A stretch of 64,000 bases of DNA from Dendrobates tinctorius (GCF_039654945.1 NW_027361754.1:30566001-30630000); one strand, 5' to 3'. Numbered from the stretch's first letter, positions 1 to 13,213 are shown. A program made the numbers and translations. Notes: generated from the letters alone by a model not told the origin.

Positions 1-582
1 AAAAACAAAAAAAAACACCCTGAGGGGGGGGGGGGAAAAGTTTACCCTCCTAAAGAAAAAAAAATATATACACACACCACTGTCACATCTACTATCGGTA
101 GGACGAGAATTACAAACATCATTAATATAGAAGATGTCAATACTTACATAATAGATAAAAAAAAAAAAAAAAGTTTGAATCATTGTGCTTGCCTAAAACT
201 TGGACCAATAGCTCAGATATTCACCAAGGAAGATTGTTCAGAAAGTTTGAATTTCTGCAAACTCTACACAAGTGTATGGAGCAATTGTTTTTTTTTCCTT
301 AAATTTACACTTAAAAGGGAAAATTCACATTTAACAAGCATGGATCTTCACTTTGCTCCTGCAATACACATGCATTAGAGGGATCTTCCGCTCTAAGCCA
401 CTGGGGATAGGTACATCCCCTGTTCTGGCGCTTGGTGAGGATCTCAGTAGAGGAATCTACACACTGATCTAACAGCCGTCACTTGCCTAGACCAGAAAAC
501 CCATTTAATTTAGGTGCAATAAGGGAGACATGTCTGTAGATGGCTGGGTTTGCAGGCTTGAGGATGAGCGATGTGTCTTGAT

Positions 583-868
583 TAGTGATGAGTAAGCATG
601 CTCATTTCCTAATTGAGTATTTTCGGCATGCTTGGAAAAAAAAAAAAAAAGTTTGAGTCGCATTGACTGCATGTCTAGCGGCTCTTCGACGGTTGCAACA
701 CATGCAGGGATAGTCTCTTAAGCAATCCCCGCATGTTTTGCGACTGTCGAACAGCCATGACATATGCAGCCTCGGGGACTCGAACATATTTTTTGAGCAC
801 GCCAAAGACACTCTGCTTGCACCAGAGCATGATCAGATAATACCTTATCCCAGCACATTTGCGCACTA
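583..868. mobile_element. Degenerate palindromic MITE (TAGTGATG-start, probably hAT-type)
   Basis: Starts tagtgatgag and has internal inverted symmetry centred near 710-725; the right terminus is degenerate. Confidence 0.35.
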
Positions 869-1463
869 GCTTTGCTCTTTCCATACAAAACTCATACGAA
901 AAGCTAAATAGATGTCTCAATGGTTTATAAAAAAAATAAAATCAGATGTTACTAAAAAGTAAACTTTTTCCCGCCTAGTCCAAAGGAGAAATGGTAGCAA
1001 CACGTGAACTTCTCCTTTAAGTCGAACACTGGCAGTTTACCGATATTAACAACGTGAACGGATTTTATAGACTGCGTTACGGCCGCAATTTCAGTTTCGG
1101 ATGCTTGCCTACCGACCCAAACATACAGCATCCTGTATGTATGAGGCTGTTGGAATTACTGCAGTAACAGACTGTAAAATATGGCTGCTGTCACGTCACC
1201 ATCTTACAAAACATCATGGTTATAACAAATATGTAGCTACATGAATAGGCTACAGAAATATTTCTTTTTTAACAAATACAATAGATTATTTTCTGCGCTG
1301 AATAAAATTTAAAAACACTATGTTTCTTAAAAAATAGGTTATTCAGGACAGGTTTAATACAAGGTTGGATCTAACCTTGTATTAAACTGAAGGTAAGGAC
1401 ATTTTCTTTTTGATCCCAATTATAAGACCTTGTCACACAGCTCTCCCCTCACAGGTGAACACA

Positions 1464-1847
1464 TTAATAGGGAGAGTGGCGCCATCTGGGCTCTTTTCTC
1501 TGATGAGAACTGTGACCTTCGTGGTAGTGCTCCTCTTGGCTGCTGCCCCTGTAGTAAGAGTCTCTGCTGCTGTGGTAGTCATCACTTTGATAAGGATAAG
1601 AGGCTTGGCTCCGGATTTTTCTGTTGCTGGAGGATGAATCGTGACGCAATGGTGCCGAATGAGAGGAGCTTTGATTATATGAACCATAATAGGGAGAGTA
1701 ATTTGGTGATGGAGGGTAATTTGGCGATGAAGGAGGGTAATTTGGCGATGAGGGAGGGTAATTTGGGGATGATGAAGGAGAGGAGGAATAAGACATTGCA
1801 TCTGTGCTGGGACCATGAGAAGAACCTTGTCTGTAGTAGCTATTGAT
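1464..1847 (-). CDS. RBM7: RBM7 last coding exon (Ser/Tyr/Pro-rich low-complexity tail)
   Basis: tttcccctag|ATC acceptor; in frame with ORF 1464..1796, ending [11 protein letters not shown]. Confidence 0.85.
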   Translation of the reverse strand: MNSYYRQGSSHGPSTDAMSYSSSPSSSPNYPPSSPNYPPSSPNYPPSPNYSPYYGSYNQSSSHSAPLRHDSSSSNRKIRSQASYPYQSDDYHSSRDSYYRGSSQEEHYHEGHSSHQRKEPRWRHSPY

Positions 1848-4800
1848 CTAGGGGAAAAAAAACAAAAAAAAAAATTAAATTAACTAGTATCGGGTTAGGT
1901 AAGCATGGTGCATTGTCAATCATGCTGCGCCCAAGGCCAGCACCTACTCCATTATTTATGTTTGGTCAACATGAGATATGGCCATGGTGGCAGTCCTGGT
2001 CCCACTGTTTTTATTACGATATGTCCAGCCAGGCTCTGGGGACCATATATTGCTTGCTATGCACAGTAGCTACAAGACCAGTTACAGTGGGTGCGGAAAG
2101 TATTCAGACCCCTTTAACTTTTTCACTCTGTTTCATTGCAGCCATTTGGTAAATTCAAAGTAGTTCTTTTTTTTCCTCATTAATGTACACTCTGCACACC
2201 ATCTTGACTGAAGAAAAAAACAAAAAAAAAAAAAAAAAAAACAAAAAACCAAATGTAGAAATTTTTGAAATTCATTAAAAAAGAAACTGAAATATCACAT
2301 GGTCATAAGTATTCAGACCCTTTGCTCAGACCCTCATTTATGTCACATGCTGTCCAATTCCTTGTGATCCTCCTTGAGATGGTTTTCTCCTTCATTGGAG
2401 TCCAGCTGTTTAATTAAACTGATAGGACTTGATTTGTAAAGGCACACACCTGTCTATATAAGACCTCACAGCTCACAGTGCATGTCAGACCAAATGAGAA
2501 TCATCAGGTCAAAGGAACTGAACAAGGAGCTCAGAGACAGTTGTGGCAAGGCACAGATCCGGCCAAGGTTACAAAAGAATTTCTGCAGTACTCAAGGTTC
2601 CTAAGAGCACAGTGGCCTCCAGAAGTCTTCCTAGACCTGGCAGTCTAGCCAAACTGAGCAATTGTGGGAAATGAGCCTTGGTGAGAGGTAAAGAAGAACC
2701 CCAAGATCACTGTGGCTGAGCTCCACAGATGCAGTAGGGAGATGGGAAAAAGTTCCACAAAGTCAACTATCACTGCAGCCCTCCACCAGTCGGGCCTTTA
2801 TGGTAGAGTGGCCCAATTGAAGACTCGCCTCAGTGCCAGACATATGAAAGCCTGCATAGTTTGCTAAACAAAAAACAAACACATAAAGGACTCCCAGACT
2901 ATGAGAAATAAGATTCTCTGGTCTGATGAGACGAAGATAGAACTTTTTGGTGATAATTCTAAGCTATGTGTGTGGAGAAAACCAGGCACTGCTCATCACC
3001 TGCACAATACAATAACAGTGAAACATGGTGGTGGCAGCATCATGCTATGGGGATGTTTTTCAGCTACAGGGAAAGGATGACTGGTTGTAATTTAAGGAAA
3101 CACGAATGCGGCCAAGTACAGAAATATCCTGGATGAAAAGCTCTTCCAGAGTGCTCTGGACCCCAAACTTGGCTGAAGGTTCACCTTCCAACAAGACAAT
3201 GACCCTAAGAACACAGCTAAAGTAACAAAGGAGCATCTTCAGAACAACTCTGACCATTCTTGACTGGCCCAACCAGAGCCCTGACCTAAACCCAATTGAA
3301 CAACTCTGGAGAGACCTGAAAATATAATTAGACTTACCGGTAATTCGGTTTCTAGAAACCTTCCATGACAGCATAGGAGGTTGTCTCCATGCCCTAATGG
3401 GGAACAGGAAGCACGAGAGGTTAAAAGGTCCCTCCCACCTCCCTTTCACCAGTGACTTATAACTGATCACCATAGCACCGGTTACCTTAAGATTCTCAGA
3501 GTTTGTTCAAGAATACAGGGAGGGAAATAGTGGTGTCGTGGAAGGTTTCTAGAAACCGAATTACCAGTAAGTCTAATTCTATTTTCTCTAGCAACCTTCC
3601 ACGACAGCATAGGAGGCATAACAACCTATACTGCACTGTGTAAACACTGTGCACTGTGTAAACACTACGCCTGTAGTGTTTAGTAAAAATATGTAAGGAG
3701 GACCAGGTTGCTGCCTTAAAAATCTGCTCTGAAGATGCACCTGCCCTCTCAGTCCATAAAGTAGAGGTAGAACGTGTTGACTGCGCTTTGATCCCCGTAG
3801 GGGGTGTGATGTTCTGCGCCAGGTATGCTTCGGAGATGGCCTTTTTAATCCAATTGGCAATGGTGTTCTTTGCTACCTTTTTTCCCCTTGTTTGGACCAG
3901 AGGTATGGACGAATAGGTTGTGGTACTCTAAGTAGTGGAGAATTATGCGCCTTACATCCAGCGTATGAAACACCTCTTCTTTAGGATTTGCTGGGTTTTG
4001 ACAAAATGAGGGAAGAATTATATTCTGTGATCTATGGAAGTCAGACAATGATGGATCAAGGGAAAGAACTATGGAATCATCTCTGTTAGGTAGGGTTCCC
4101 TGATTGAGAGAGCTTGGAGCTCTCCTACTCGCCTTGCTGAGGTTATTGCTATAAGGAAGGCCACCTTACAGGAGAGGAGCTGAGGAGTACAAGATGGCAG
4201 GGGCTCAAAGGAGGATTGAGTGAGTCCCGTAAGTACCACATTCAAGTCCCATGGTGGAATGGCAACTAGCCTTTTTGGATGTAGCCTAGTGGCTGATGTA
4301 ATGAATCTTTTTATCCACCTGTGGTTTGCCAAGTCAGTGTCGAACATGGAGCTTAATGCCGATACCTGTACTTTCAGTGTACTAGGCTTTAGACCTAGCT
4401 CAAGCCCCCTCTGTAAGAAATCCAGAATACGGGAAATGTTAGGGTTTTCTGGGTCAGGCAAGTCTGGCAGACGCCATGAGGAAAACTTTCTCCATATTTT
4501 GTTATAAATAGCAATGGTGACCGGTTTCCTAGATTTCTGGAGGGTTTTTATTACTGCCTCTGATAGCCCCCTGGCCCTCAAGATCTGGGTCTCAGTAACC
4601 AGGCCGCTAACTTCATTCCCCAGAGGTTTGGGTGATGTAGAGGGCCCTGCAAGAGGTCGTCTTTCAGGGGTAGGAGGAATGGCCCGTCTACCTGTAGTTC
4701 TGTAATTAGAGAATACCAGCTCCTCTTTGGCCATAGCGGGGCTACTAGGATGGTTTGGGTCTGATTGTCCCGGATTTTCCTCAGGGTTGCGGCAAGGCAT

Positions 4801-7800
4801 ATGCCAGACGAAACCTCCACTTGTGGGCGAAGGCATCTACCCCCAGGGATCTGTCCCTGGGGTTCAGGGAGAAGTAGTTTCTCACTCGAGCATTCTCTCC
4901 TGAGGCCAGTAGATCCACCTCCGGAAGGCCCCACCTGTTGACCAGCCTCTGAAAGATTCTTTCGTTTAGGCTCCACTCGCCAGGCTGGATGCATTTTCTG
5001 CTCAGAAAATCTGCTTGAAGATTGGAGGTACCCTCCACCCTCCACCCTTTAGGTGGACTACTGCTGGAGAACGGAGGTGTCTTTCGGCCCAGCAAAATAT
5101 TCGGCCTGAAAGGCCCTCTAGGCTGCTGGAGCTTGTGCCACCTTGGTGTCCGAGATGGGCCACTGTTATGTTGTCCAAGTAGACTCTGATATGATGGCCC
5201 TGGACTAGGTGTCTTGCTGCCAGGAGAGCTTCCTCCACGGCCTTCAGCTCCCTGAAGTTTGAGGATTTTGTACTCACTTTCTGGCTCCACATCTCCTGGA
5301 ATGGTTGTCGGGACACTATGGCTCCCCAGCCTTTCTTGCTGGCGTCTGACGCTACTGTGACCAAGGGGATCTGGGACCAGTTGATTCCCTTGCACAGATT
5401 TTTGTGGTCCATCCACCATGCTTGTGAAGCTTTCACTTTTCCTGGGGTCTGGACTCTTGTTTAGGCAGGTGTGATCTCTATTCCAGTTTCCTAAGATGTG
5501 GGACTGGAGTATTCTGGAGTGGGCCTGCGCCCAAGGCACTGACCCTAGTATGGACATGGCTGACCTGAGGGTCGGGGACCTCCGTTTACTGAAACTCGAG
5601 ATCTTTGATATTATGGACCTCTGATGTTCCTCCGGGAGGAAGGACATTTGTTTTTTTGAATCTAGGAGGATTCATAAGAATTTTATCTCCTGGGAGGGTT
5701 GGATCTGCGACTTTTATATTCGGGATCCACCCCAGCGATTGGAGAATACCCAGGGTTTGAGTCACCTGGTTTTCCAGGGTCTGGTAGGAGGCTCCTATTA
5801 TCAGTAGGTCGTCCAGGTAGGGTACAATACATATGCCCTGGCTTCTGATGTGGGACACAGCTTCTGCCATAATCTTGGAAAATACTCGAGGGGCAGAGGC
5901 TATCCCAAAGGGAAGCACGTACTGATAGTGCCTGATTTCTGTACCCGGACGGATCGCAAACCTTAGATAATTCCTGTGAGAAGGATGTATGGGAATGTGG
6001 AAATAGGCATCCATCAGGTCTATGGTTGCCATGAAGTAAGACGGCCCTATCAGAGGAATGGCGGTCTTTACCGACTCCATCTTGAATCTGCGATATGCGA
6101 TGTGTCGGTTGAGGCCTTTCATATTCATTATTATTCCTGCCTCTCCTGTGGGCTTTTTCACTAGGAACAGTCTGGAATAATGTCTCCTTCCCTGTTCCTC
6201 CACAGGGACCTGAGAGATGGCGTTTGATTGTAGAAGGAGCTGGATGCCGGATTTTAGTGCTGGAGTCTCCCGAGGAGGTAGGGAGGTAACTCTTATACCC
6301 CGCGGGGGGGAGGATTCGAGTTCTAGCAGTAGGCACTCCTTGATCACGCTGAGGACCCAGGGCGCTGTTGGAAATCAACTGCCAAGAGTGAAAGAACCTC
6401 GAAAGCCTTCCCCCCCACCGGGGTCGAGTCATTGCTTTTCTTGTGGCTGTTGCTGCTGGGGTACCAGGATGTTCCTGCCTCTCCCTTTAGCATAACTCCA
6501 TCTTCCAGTCTTTTCCCTTCCCTCTCGGCTGGGATGGCTGATTCTGAGAGGCTCGAAAAAGCAGATTTTCTGTGGTCCTCTGCTCAGGAAGCACCTTTTT
6601 ATCTGTGGTCTTTTCAAGAATTTCATCTAAGGCCGGGCCGAAGACATGTTCACCCTTGAAGGGTAAAGAGCAGAGTTTAACCTTGGAGGTCACGTCCCCG
6701 CTCCACGTTTTAAGCCAGAGGGCCCGCCTTGCAGAATTGGACTGTACCATAGCCCTGGCAGAGGTGCGGATCATCTCCATTGATGCATCCGCCAAGAAGC
6801 CTGTAGCTCTCTGTAGTATAGGAAGGGAGTTAAGGAGGTCACCTCTTGAGGTTCCCCGAGAAATATGACTCTCTAGTTCCTCTATCCATTGGAAGAGAGA
6901 CCTAGAGACGCATGTGGACGCAATTCCTGACTTTAAGGAAAAGGCAGAGGTTTCCCAAGATTTTCTTAGGAGGCTCTCTGCTTTACGGTCCATCGGGTCT
7001 CTAAGCTGGGACGCATCATCAAATGGAAGGACCGTCTTCTTCACCACCCTTGCCACCTGGACATCAGCCTTCGGGATGTCCCATTTAAACTCCTCTCCAG
7101 GGGAAATCTATTCCTGAGTTCCGAAGGGGCCGAGCAGCGCTTCTCTGGGTAATCCCATTCCTGAGAGATCATATCTACTATGCTCCTATGTATTGGGAAA
7201 CCTGTTCGTCTGGGTCCCTCAAATCCCCTGAACATGCGGTCCTGTGCTGACTGAGTAACGGGTTCATCCTCTAGGCCCATGGTGGCCCGTACTGCACTGA
7301 CCAGCTCCTCCACATATTCCACAGAAAGGAGGTATTTCCTAGTTTCGGCTGATTTAGAGGTTCCCAGTTGTTCCTAATTTTCGGAGCCTGAATTGTATGA
7401 CCCTTCTGATTCGAACTCCGAGTCCTCTAACAGAATTTTCCGTTTTTTTTGGGGGATGGCAAGCCCACAATCGGAGGAGGTGGAGGAGGGGGACAGGGCG
7501 GCTAAAGAGGTCTGAACCTGATGAGTGACCAGGCTGCAGACCTTGTCAATCAATGACGGGTGCTCAGCCCTGACCACCCTCTCCGTGCAAGCTTGACAAA
7601 TTTTTTTACCCAATTTGAGGGAAGTTTTGCACAGCATATGGCACATTTGGCTGACTTGCTGGTGGTATTGGTGCTTTTGCGGGCAGACTTTTCTCCCTAT
7701 AAGAAAGGGGGAGAAGTATTCTGAGGAACTCTATCCCAGGACCGCACCACTAGTACCCACCCCAGGTACACTTACTGTGGCTGGGGCAGCGCTGGGCTCT

Positions 7801-9344
7801 GCAGACGCAGGGCAGGAAGAACCGTCCATGCTGACACGGGATTTCGTCTTACCTGTCGGCGTCTTCCGGCGGGTTAATAAGGGGTTAACACAGCCCTCAG
7901 CGCAGCCTTTTCATTTCCCCCTCCTCCTCCCTGGGTCCCGAGGCAGGCACAGCAAGTGCTGGCGAGCTCCACGCGCCGGTAGATGAATGGGGCTGCCATG
8001 ACAGGAAGTAGTCACATACCCCGGAAGTGACCACGCGTGGCGTCACTTCCGGGTCACATCACGGTGCGCAGCAGGAGGAGGAGGAGAGACCGGAGAGCTG
8101 CGAGAGGCCTCCGGTCGGGGGATCACTGGCCCGCTTTACTCCCCCTAGGGGAGCGCGGGTGGGCCAGGAAGGTCCCATGTTCTAAGAAGACAGGAGCAGT
8201 ACGGAGGAGGGGAGGCAGCGCCACCGAACACCACTGCCCGCCTTAAGGATTACAGGTACGCTGCAGCAGCCAGCCACACAGCATACCGAAACCTCTCCAT
8301 GCCCCATGGGGGACAGGAAAGACACTGGTGAGAGGGACCTTTTAACCTCTCGTGCTTCCTGTCCCCCATTAGGGCGTGGAGACAACCTCCTATGCTGTTG
8401 TGGAAGGTTGCTAGAGAAAATGGCTGTCCACCAACGTTCACCATCCAACCTAACGGAACTGGAGAGGATCTACAAGGAAGAATGGCAGAGGATCCCCAAA
8501 TCCAGACGTGAAAAACTTGTTGCATCATTCCCAAGACGACTCATGGCTGTACTAGCTCAGACGGGTGCTTCTACTCAATAATGAGCAAAGGGTCTGAATA
8601 CTTATGACCATGTGATATTGCAGTTTTTCTTTTTTAATAAATTTGGAAAAATGTCTTTTTTTTTTCCCAGTCAAGATGGGGTGCAGAGTGTACATTAATG
8701 AGAACAAAAATTAACTTTTTTGAATTTACCAAATGGCTGCAATGAAAGAGTGAAAAATTTAAAGGGGTCTGAATACTTTCCGCACCCACCGTAAATCTCT
8801 GCTTTACTAATGAATATGAGGGTGCATGTGCATTAGGCATTTGTTTTGTCCTACTCTGCTGCACCCAGGTACAGCACTTGCTACAGTACTTGAGCGGCTG
8901 CAGTTAAGATGCCAAGATCCTCAGCGTGGGGGGGGGGGGGGGAAACTGCAGCAGCCATTATTACCACTCTGACAGTCAAACGTGTCATTACCATGGCTAC
9001 GTCCAATATCCAGGACAGGATCCAGCAGTATTGATGTACATACAAGTAAATGGTAGCAGAAGTATCTCGATAAGCTTCTAGGTCATCCCTTTAGTGTAAT
9101 TTAAGTACAGCTTGCCATGAAAACTGAATGGCAGACATCTCTCTGGGCGATAGTCTACTGTCCATGGCACAGAAGGTGTCGGCAATTACGTGGGTTGGTA
9201 ATGTCATCAGCGAAACTAAATACACCAGGCAAACCTCTTAACCTTCCTCTGGTGAAGCAAAATACCAAAATGTATCCGTCCCTTCATCAGCATCCCCTCC
9301 CACCCCGCGCTTGTACATTATAAGCTACATTCCTTTTGTAACAT

Positions 9345-9409
<65 letters not shown>

Positions 9410-12400
9410 CTATTAATGCAAAAACAAAACAATATCACTTATTATATTCCTTTCTAAAGAGTCCTGATATCAAGTGGGAATATTAATGTAAATGTGTGTA
9501 GTCACCCACCATTGCTTGTCTGTGAAGCCCATCTGAAGAGGAGTACGGTTTCTGATAGCTTTGAACAGGAGGAGAGTGGTCGTATCTCATATCAGAATTG
9601 TAGTCATATCTACAAAAACAAATAAATCAATGTCAAAACAATCTATAAATGTAGCCAACAGCAGAAATAAATGGAGCGCTGCTGTGTCAGAAGAAACATA
9701 CTAAGAAAAGACAGGAAGGATGTGACTTGGATGACTAGTCTGAGGTCTGCCTTGGACTATACATTGAGATGGATCACGCTCGGCCGGCTTTTCAAAGCAT
9801 GTTTTCTCCGAAACACCAGCGAGTTTTACAGTAAAACAGACACTTGCAAAAACAGGAATTGGTCTCGGATTCATGCTGCCTGTCAACCCCTTGAGCTTCA
9901 GCCAATTTACTGACAAGGTTATGACAGATGTATGGTGGCATAGTACATCCACATAGTGTGTGTCTACTGGAAATGCCATTGGCTCCTGCAAATGCATCCA
10001 GGAGACTTTAACTTACCTGTTGCCATTTGGTGATGAACCATTTCCAGAAAAGTTGCCGTTTCCTTGTGGGGAAGACGCTGCATTATTTGCTTGAGAGGCG
10101 TGACTGCTTCCTAAAAACATAAGAGATTAAAAATAGATTGCCATATCAGATGTAAGGCATGAGAGCAGGGCTGTGGAGTTGGAGTCAGTATAAAATGGAC
10201 TGGCTGATAAAATATATAATACATCAGGTGCAGTAGTACAATGCAGGATGTGCTGTAAATTTTTTCATAAGATTTTGAGATAGTTATAAAGCGTCCTATA
10301 AATGTTCTGTTCCTCTAAGGATCTCAGCTTTTAATTGAGAGGAATATGTGCTGCGCTTTATGTACATGCTCAGTAGTGAGACAGTAGTGTTGAGTCGCAG
10401 GCTTGGCTTACTGACTTCACAGCCCTGCATGTTACACACCTCACCCCACAGTTCGGACTATAAAGTACTTTTAAGTTTGGAAGGTGCCACATTGTTGGCC
10501 AACATGGCTGATGTTGGTGAACAGGAACCAACAAGAGTATCGTGTCTGGTCAGCTCTGATTGATGCGTCCAAGGGGTTAAAGTGCCGTAGTCCATCGCTT
10601 TTAAGTGGTTAAACAGAAGGAGGCCATAGGTAACCCGATCAGCCCACCCGTATGGTTAGAGCAATGAAATAAATTGTTAATGGTATTGGAATGAGGGGGA
10701 TTTAATTTGAAGAACAAAACTTGATCATTGAAAGAAAGACTAATTTCTTGTGAGATGACAAACCCCCCACAAAAGTTGCTGCCCTCGTACCTGATCTGTA
10801 CTGGATTTTCAGAGGCCTTCCAAACAGTTTCACTCCATTTAACAGATTCATCCCATAGGGAACAGATTCTTCATGCTTAAACTGTACAAAAGCAAATAAT
10901 TTTGAAGTGCCATCTTTGTCCTTGGGGATTTTTACATTTACCGCAGGACCAGCCTGGAAGAAAAAAAACCCAAAACAATTACTTTGAGCAAGTTCATATA
11001 ACACACGGCCAGTGCAGTCTGAAGAGGAGAGAAACTACTATTTGTATGACTACTGCCAATAAGTAAGGCTCAACTTAAAATGTGAAGTCCAGGATTTCAA
11101 TATTGGTGACATGTACTAACGATGGCTCATCGATATCAGATTGGTGGAGACAGAACGCCTGCTATTTATCACACTGTAGAAAGCTGGAAAAGCTGTTTCA
11201 TACACTGTAGTGACAGTTCTCAGTTGGAGCGTGTTCACTTTAGAGTGTATAGAGGAGTATTTAGGCCATAAAAAAAAAAAAAAAAAAAAGATAAAATTTC
11301 AATATTTTGTACACCTTAAAAAGATATAAAGCATAGCTCCATTCACCCCATTCAAATCTCCTCCCCCCCCCCCCAAAAAAAAAAAAAAAATATAAATAAA
11401 AAATAAAAAATACATCTCTTCCTCACACACCCAATCGGAAAAAATAAAAACAAATTATCGATGAAATTTTTTTTCCTCTAGCAAGTGTAATCTAAACCTG
11501 GAGAATCAAGTTACTGGGTAATTTTTACTGTAAGATGATTACTATAAACACAAAGTCCCCAAAAATCAATGGCATAATTTTTTTTTTTTTTTTCCTGTAG
11601 TACACATGGTTAGGTCAGTGAAAAAAAAAAAAAAAAAAAAGTTATGGCTCTAAGAAGAAGCAGATGAAAAAAAAACTGCTAACATTCACATGCCAACAAA
11701 GAGCACACAACTGATGACTGCCTGTCATCGGACCCCACTAAGCCGATATTGATGTGTCCCAAAGAGGTCAATAGCAAAAAGTGGCAGAGCAACGCATTTA
11801 ATGGGTTCATCCAGAATAATTTTTTTTTCCATCAGTGCTGTCGGGAAAAAAAAAAAAGGGCATGTGCTTGGCAGCTTTAGGTTATAATGGGTAAGGGTAT
11901 GCGCACACGTTGCGGATTCTGCTGCAGATCCGCAGCGGATTTGGCCCTGTGGATCCGCAGTAGTTTCGGCTGCGTTGTAGAGTACTTTTATATTCAATGG
12001 AAAATGAAAAACGCAGTGCACATGCTGCAGATTTTTCCACGCGGATTAGCTGCGGTTTTAAATCTGCAGCATGTCAATTCTTTGTGTGGAATCCGCAGCG
12101 GTTTGACACCTGCTCCATGACCAGGTGTCAAAACGCAGGGGAAAACCGCAGGCAAAATGCAGGTCTTATGACCCGCGGATTTAGCAAAATCCACAGCGTG
12201 CACTTAACCATAGTGTGGTATCCGTGAGAAGAAAAAGATACCACAGGTGTTGGAAACGGACGTGAGAATAAGACTTTTGCTGGGTTTTTTTCTGCAGCCA
12301 AAACCTGATGTATTGGCAGTAAAAAAACTGCAGCCGCATTGCAGGCTTTGCTGTGTTTTTCAGCATCCTACAGCTTTTATTCCACATCGAAAGTATAAAC

Positions 12401-13213
12401 GAGACAAGCTTTTAGGCGGCCAATCCAAGGCATAAAAATCAGAACAAAAAAACACAGGGGCAATTATCATCAAATTATTTAGGTGAAAGTGTTTTTGTTT
12501 TAATGTTTAGGTCTGTGAGCTAAAGTTACATGAGCTCATGAAAAAATACACAATGGCAGAGAAATAAAAAAAAAAAAAAAAAAAAAAAACAACAGCGGGG
12601 AAACGTGAATTGGTTGGGCATTGTTGCATAGCACTATTTTAAGAGAGAAAGATTTACAGTGTAATGTGCATTGAAAATATTTTATGGATTATTTTTTCTT
12701 TTTTGGGGGGGGGAAATTCATAAAAAAATGGGTTTCCCATTCTGAGGTATCTGCATTTATTCACCAAAAACGCAACAAAAACCGATGGCTCCACTTTTGC
12801 GGTTTCTCATTGCTTTCTGTAGATGTAAAGACGCTGCAACAAGTGAAAAGAATTCACATGCTATAGATTTCCATTCCAGTCAGGAAAAAAAGCGTGTGCA
12901 TGAGACTAAGTTACATAAAAGCGCAGCGTGTGAGCATGGCCTAGTCCCTCAGTATTCCCCCTCTGCCATGTTCTGGATACTGGCACATTATATAGCTAGA
13001 TTCGCTGTAGTCACTAGTAGTCAGCTTTTGGCGTGCACCCGCCGCCATTCTTCCTGCACGTTACACACACAGGGCCGGAAACCACAGCCGCCCCTTCCCC
13101 TGACTCAGTGAAGGCTTCCGAACCTGCAGGAACAGCTCGAACAGCAGCTCCTCCGTAGCTCTCGGGTCCAAATTCCCCACGAACAAGGTCCTGTCAGCCT
13201 CCGCAGCCCCCAT
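1464..13213 (-). CDS. RBM7: RNA-binding protein 7 (NEXT complex RRM subunit); spliced CDS join(13124..13213,10791..10953,10017..10110,9510..9609,1464..1847), 831 nt, 276 aa
   Basis: N-terminal RRM ([45 protein letters not shown]...[36 protein letters not shown]) recognised as the RBM7 family. All introns are GT-AG with phases 0,1,2,0, and the joined frame is open to the TAA at 1464. Confidence 0.92.
1692..1780 (-). repeat. Coding 21-bp tandem repeat giving SSPNYPP heptads in RBM7
   Basis: ggagggtaatttggcgatga(a/g) repeated about 3.5 times. Confidence 0.8.
3700..4600 (-). pseudogene. DIRS copy 1 tyrosine recombinase, frameshifted
   Basis: [33 protein letters not shown]; KAQSTR (HSTR box) at ~3770. 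Confidence 0.85.
4578..6432 (-). pseudogene. DIRS copy 1 pol: RT, RNase H and methyltransferase-like domain, frameshifted
   Basis: [56 protein letters not shown]. Confidence 0.85.
6430..7700 (-). pseudogene. DIRS copy 1 gag-like ORF1 (LAP2alpha-related), fragmented
   Basis: ORFs 7374..7646, 7041..7322 and 6487..7056 ([30 protein letters not shown]). Confidence 0.75.
9348..9404. repeat. (TA)n microsatellite
   Basis: About 28 perfect TA units. Confidence 0.95.
9510..9609 (-). CDS. RBM7: RBM7 coding exon 4
   Basis: tttttgtag|A ... CAAGCAATG|gtgggt; open frame ending [11 protein letters not shown]. Confidence 0.82.
10017..10110 (-). CDS. RBM7: RBM7 coding exon 3
   Basis: tttttag|GA ... AACAG|gtaagt; encodes [32 protein letters not shown]. 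Confidence 0.85.
10791..10953 (-). CDS. RBM7: RBM7 coding exon 2 (RRM, RNP1)
   Basis: ttcttccag|GCT acceptor; TCAG|gtacga donor. Confidence 0.92.
11895..12210. mobile_element. Palindromic MITE, Harbinger-like
   Basis: taa|gggtatgcgcacacgttgcggatt ... aatccacagcgtgcacttaacc, imperfect TIRs. Confidence 0.45.
13124..13213 (-). CDS. RBM7: RBM7 coding exon 1
   Basis: ATG at 13213; 30 codons ending CAG|GTTCGG. Confidence 0.92.

Larger units (their letters stand above)
3323..8420 (-). mobile_element. DIRS1-like tyrosine-recombinase retrotransposon, copy 1 (both termini present, ORFs frameshifted)
   Basis: Inverted terminal repeats (~3355-3455 vs ~8325-8410). Internal complementary region ~3535-3616 reproduces the end-start circle junction (gtaagtctaattctattttctctagcaaccttcc). 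Carries gag, RT (YLDD), RNase H (VASDAS..GWGA), MT-like and YR fragments. GAAAAT at both junctions. Confidence 0.93.
2085..8791 (+). mobile_element. Tc1/mariner IR/DR-type DNA transposon with defective transposase, split by a DIRS insertion
   Basis: TA|cagtgggtgcggaaagtattcagacccc ... ggggtctgaatactttccgcacccaccg|TA. TIRs of 200-250 bp with an inner direct repeat (aagtattcagaccc at ~2308, inverted at ~8590). Transposase motifs [16 protein letters not shown] and [19 protein letters not shown], resuming [17 protein letters not shown] after 8420. Confidence 0.92.

Noticed and set aside
1410-1846. Plus-strand ORFs and the alternative minus-strand ORF 1433..1816
   Set aside because: Shadows of the RBM7 last exon; only the 1464 frame matches the splice phase.
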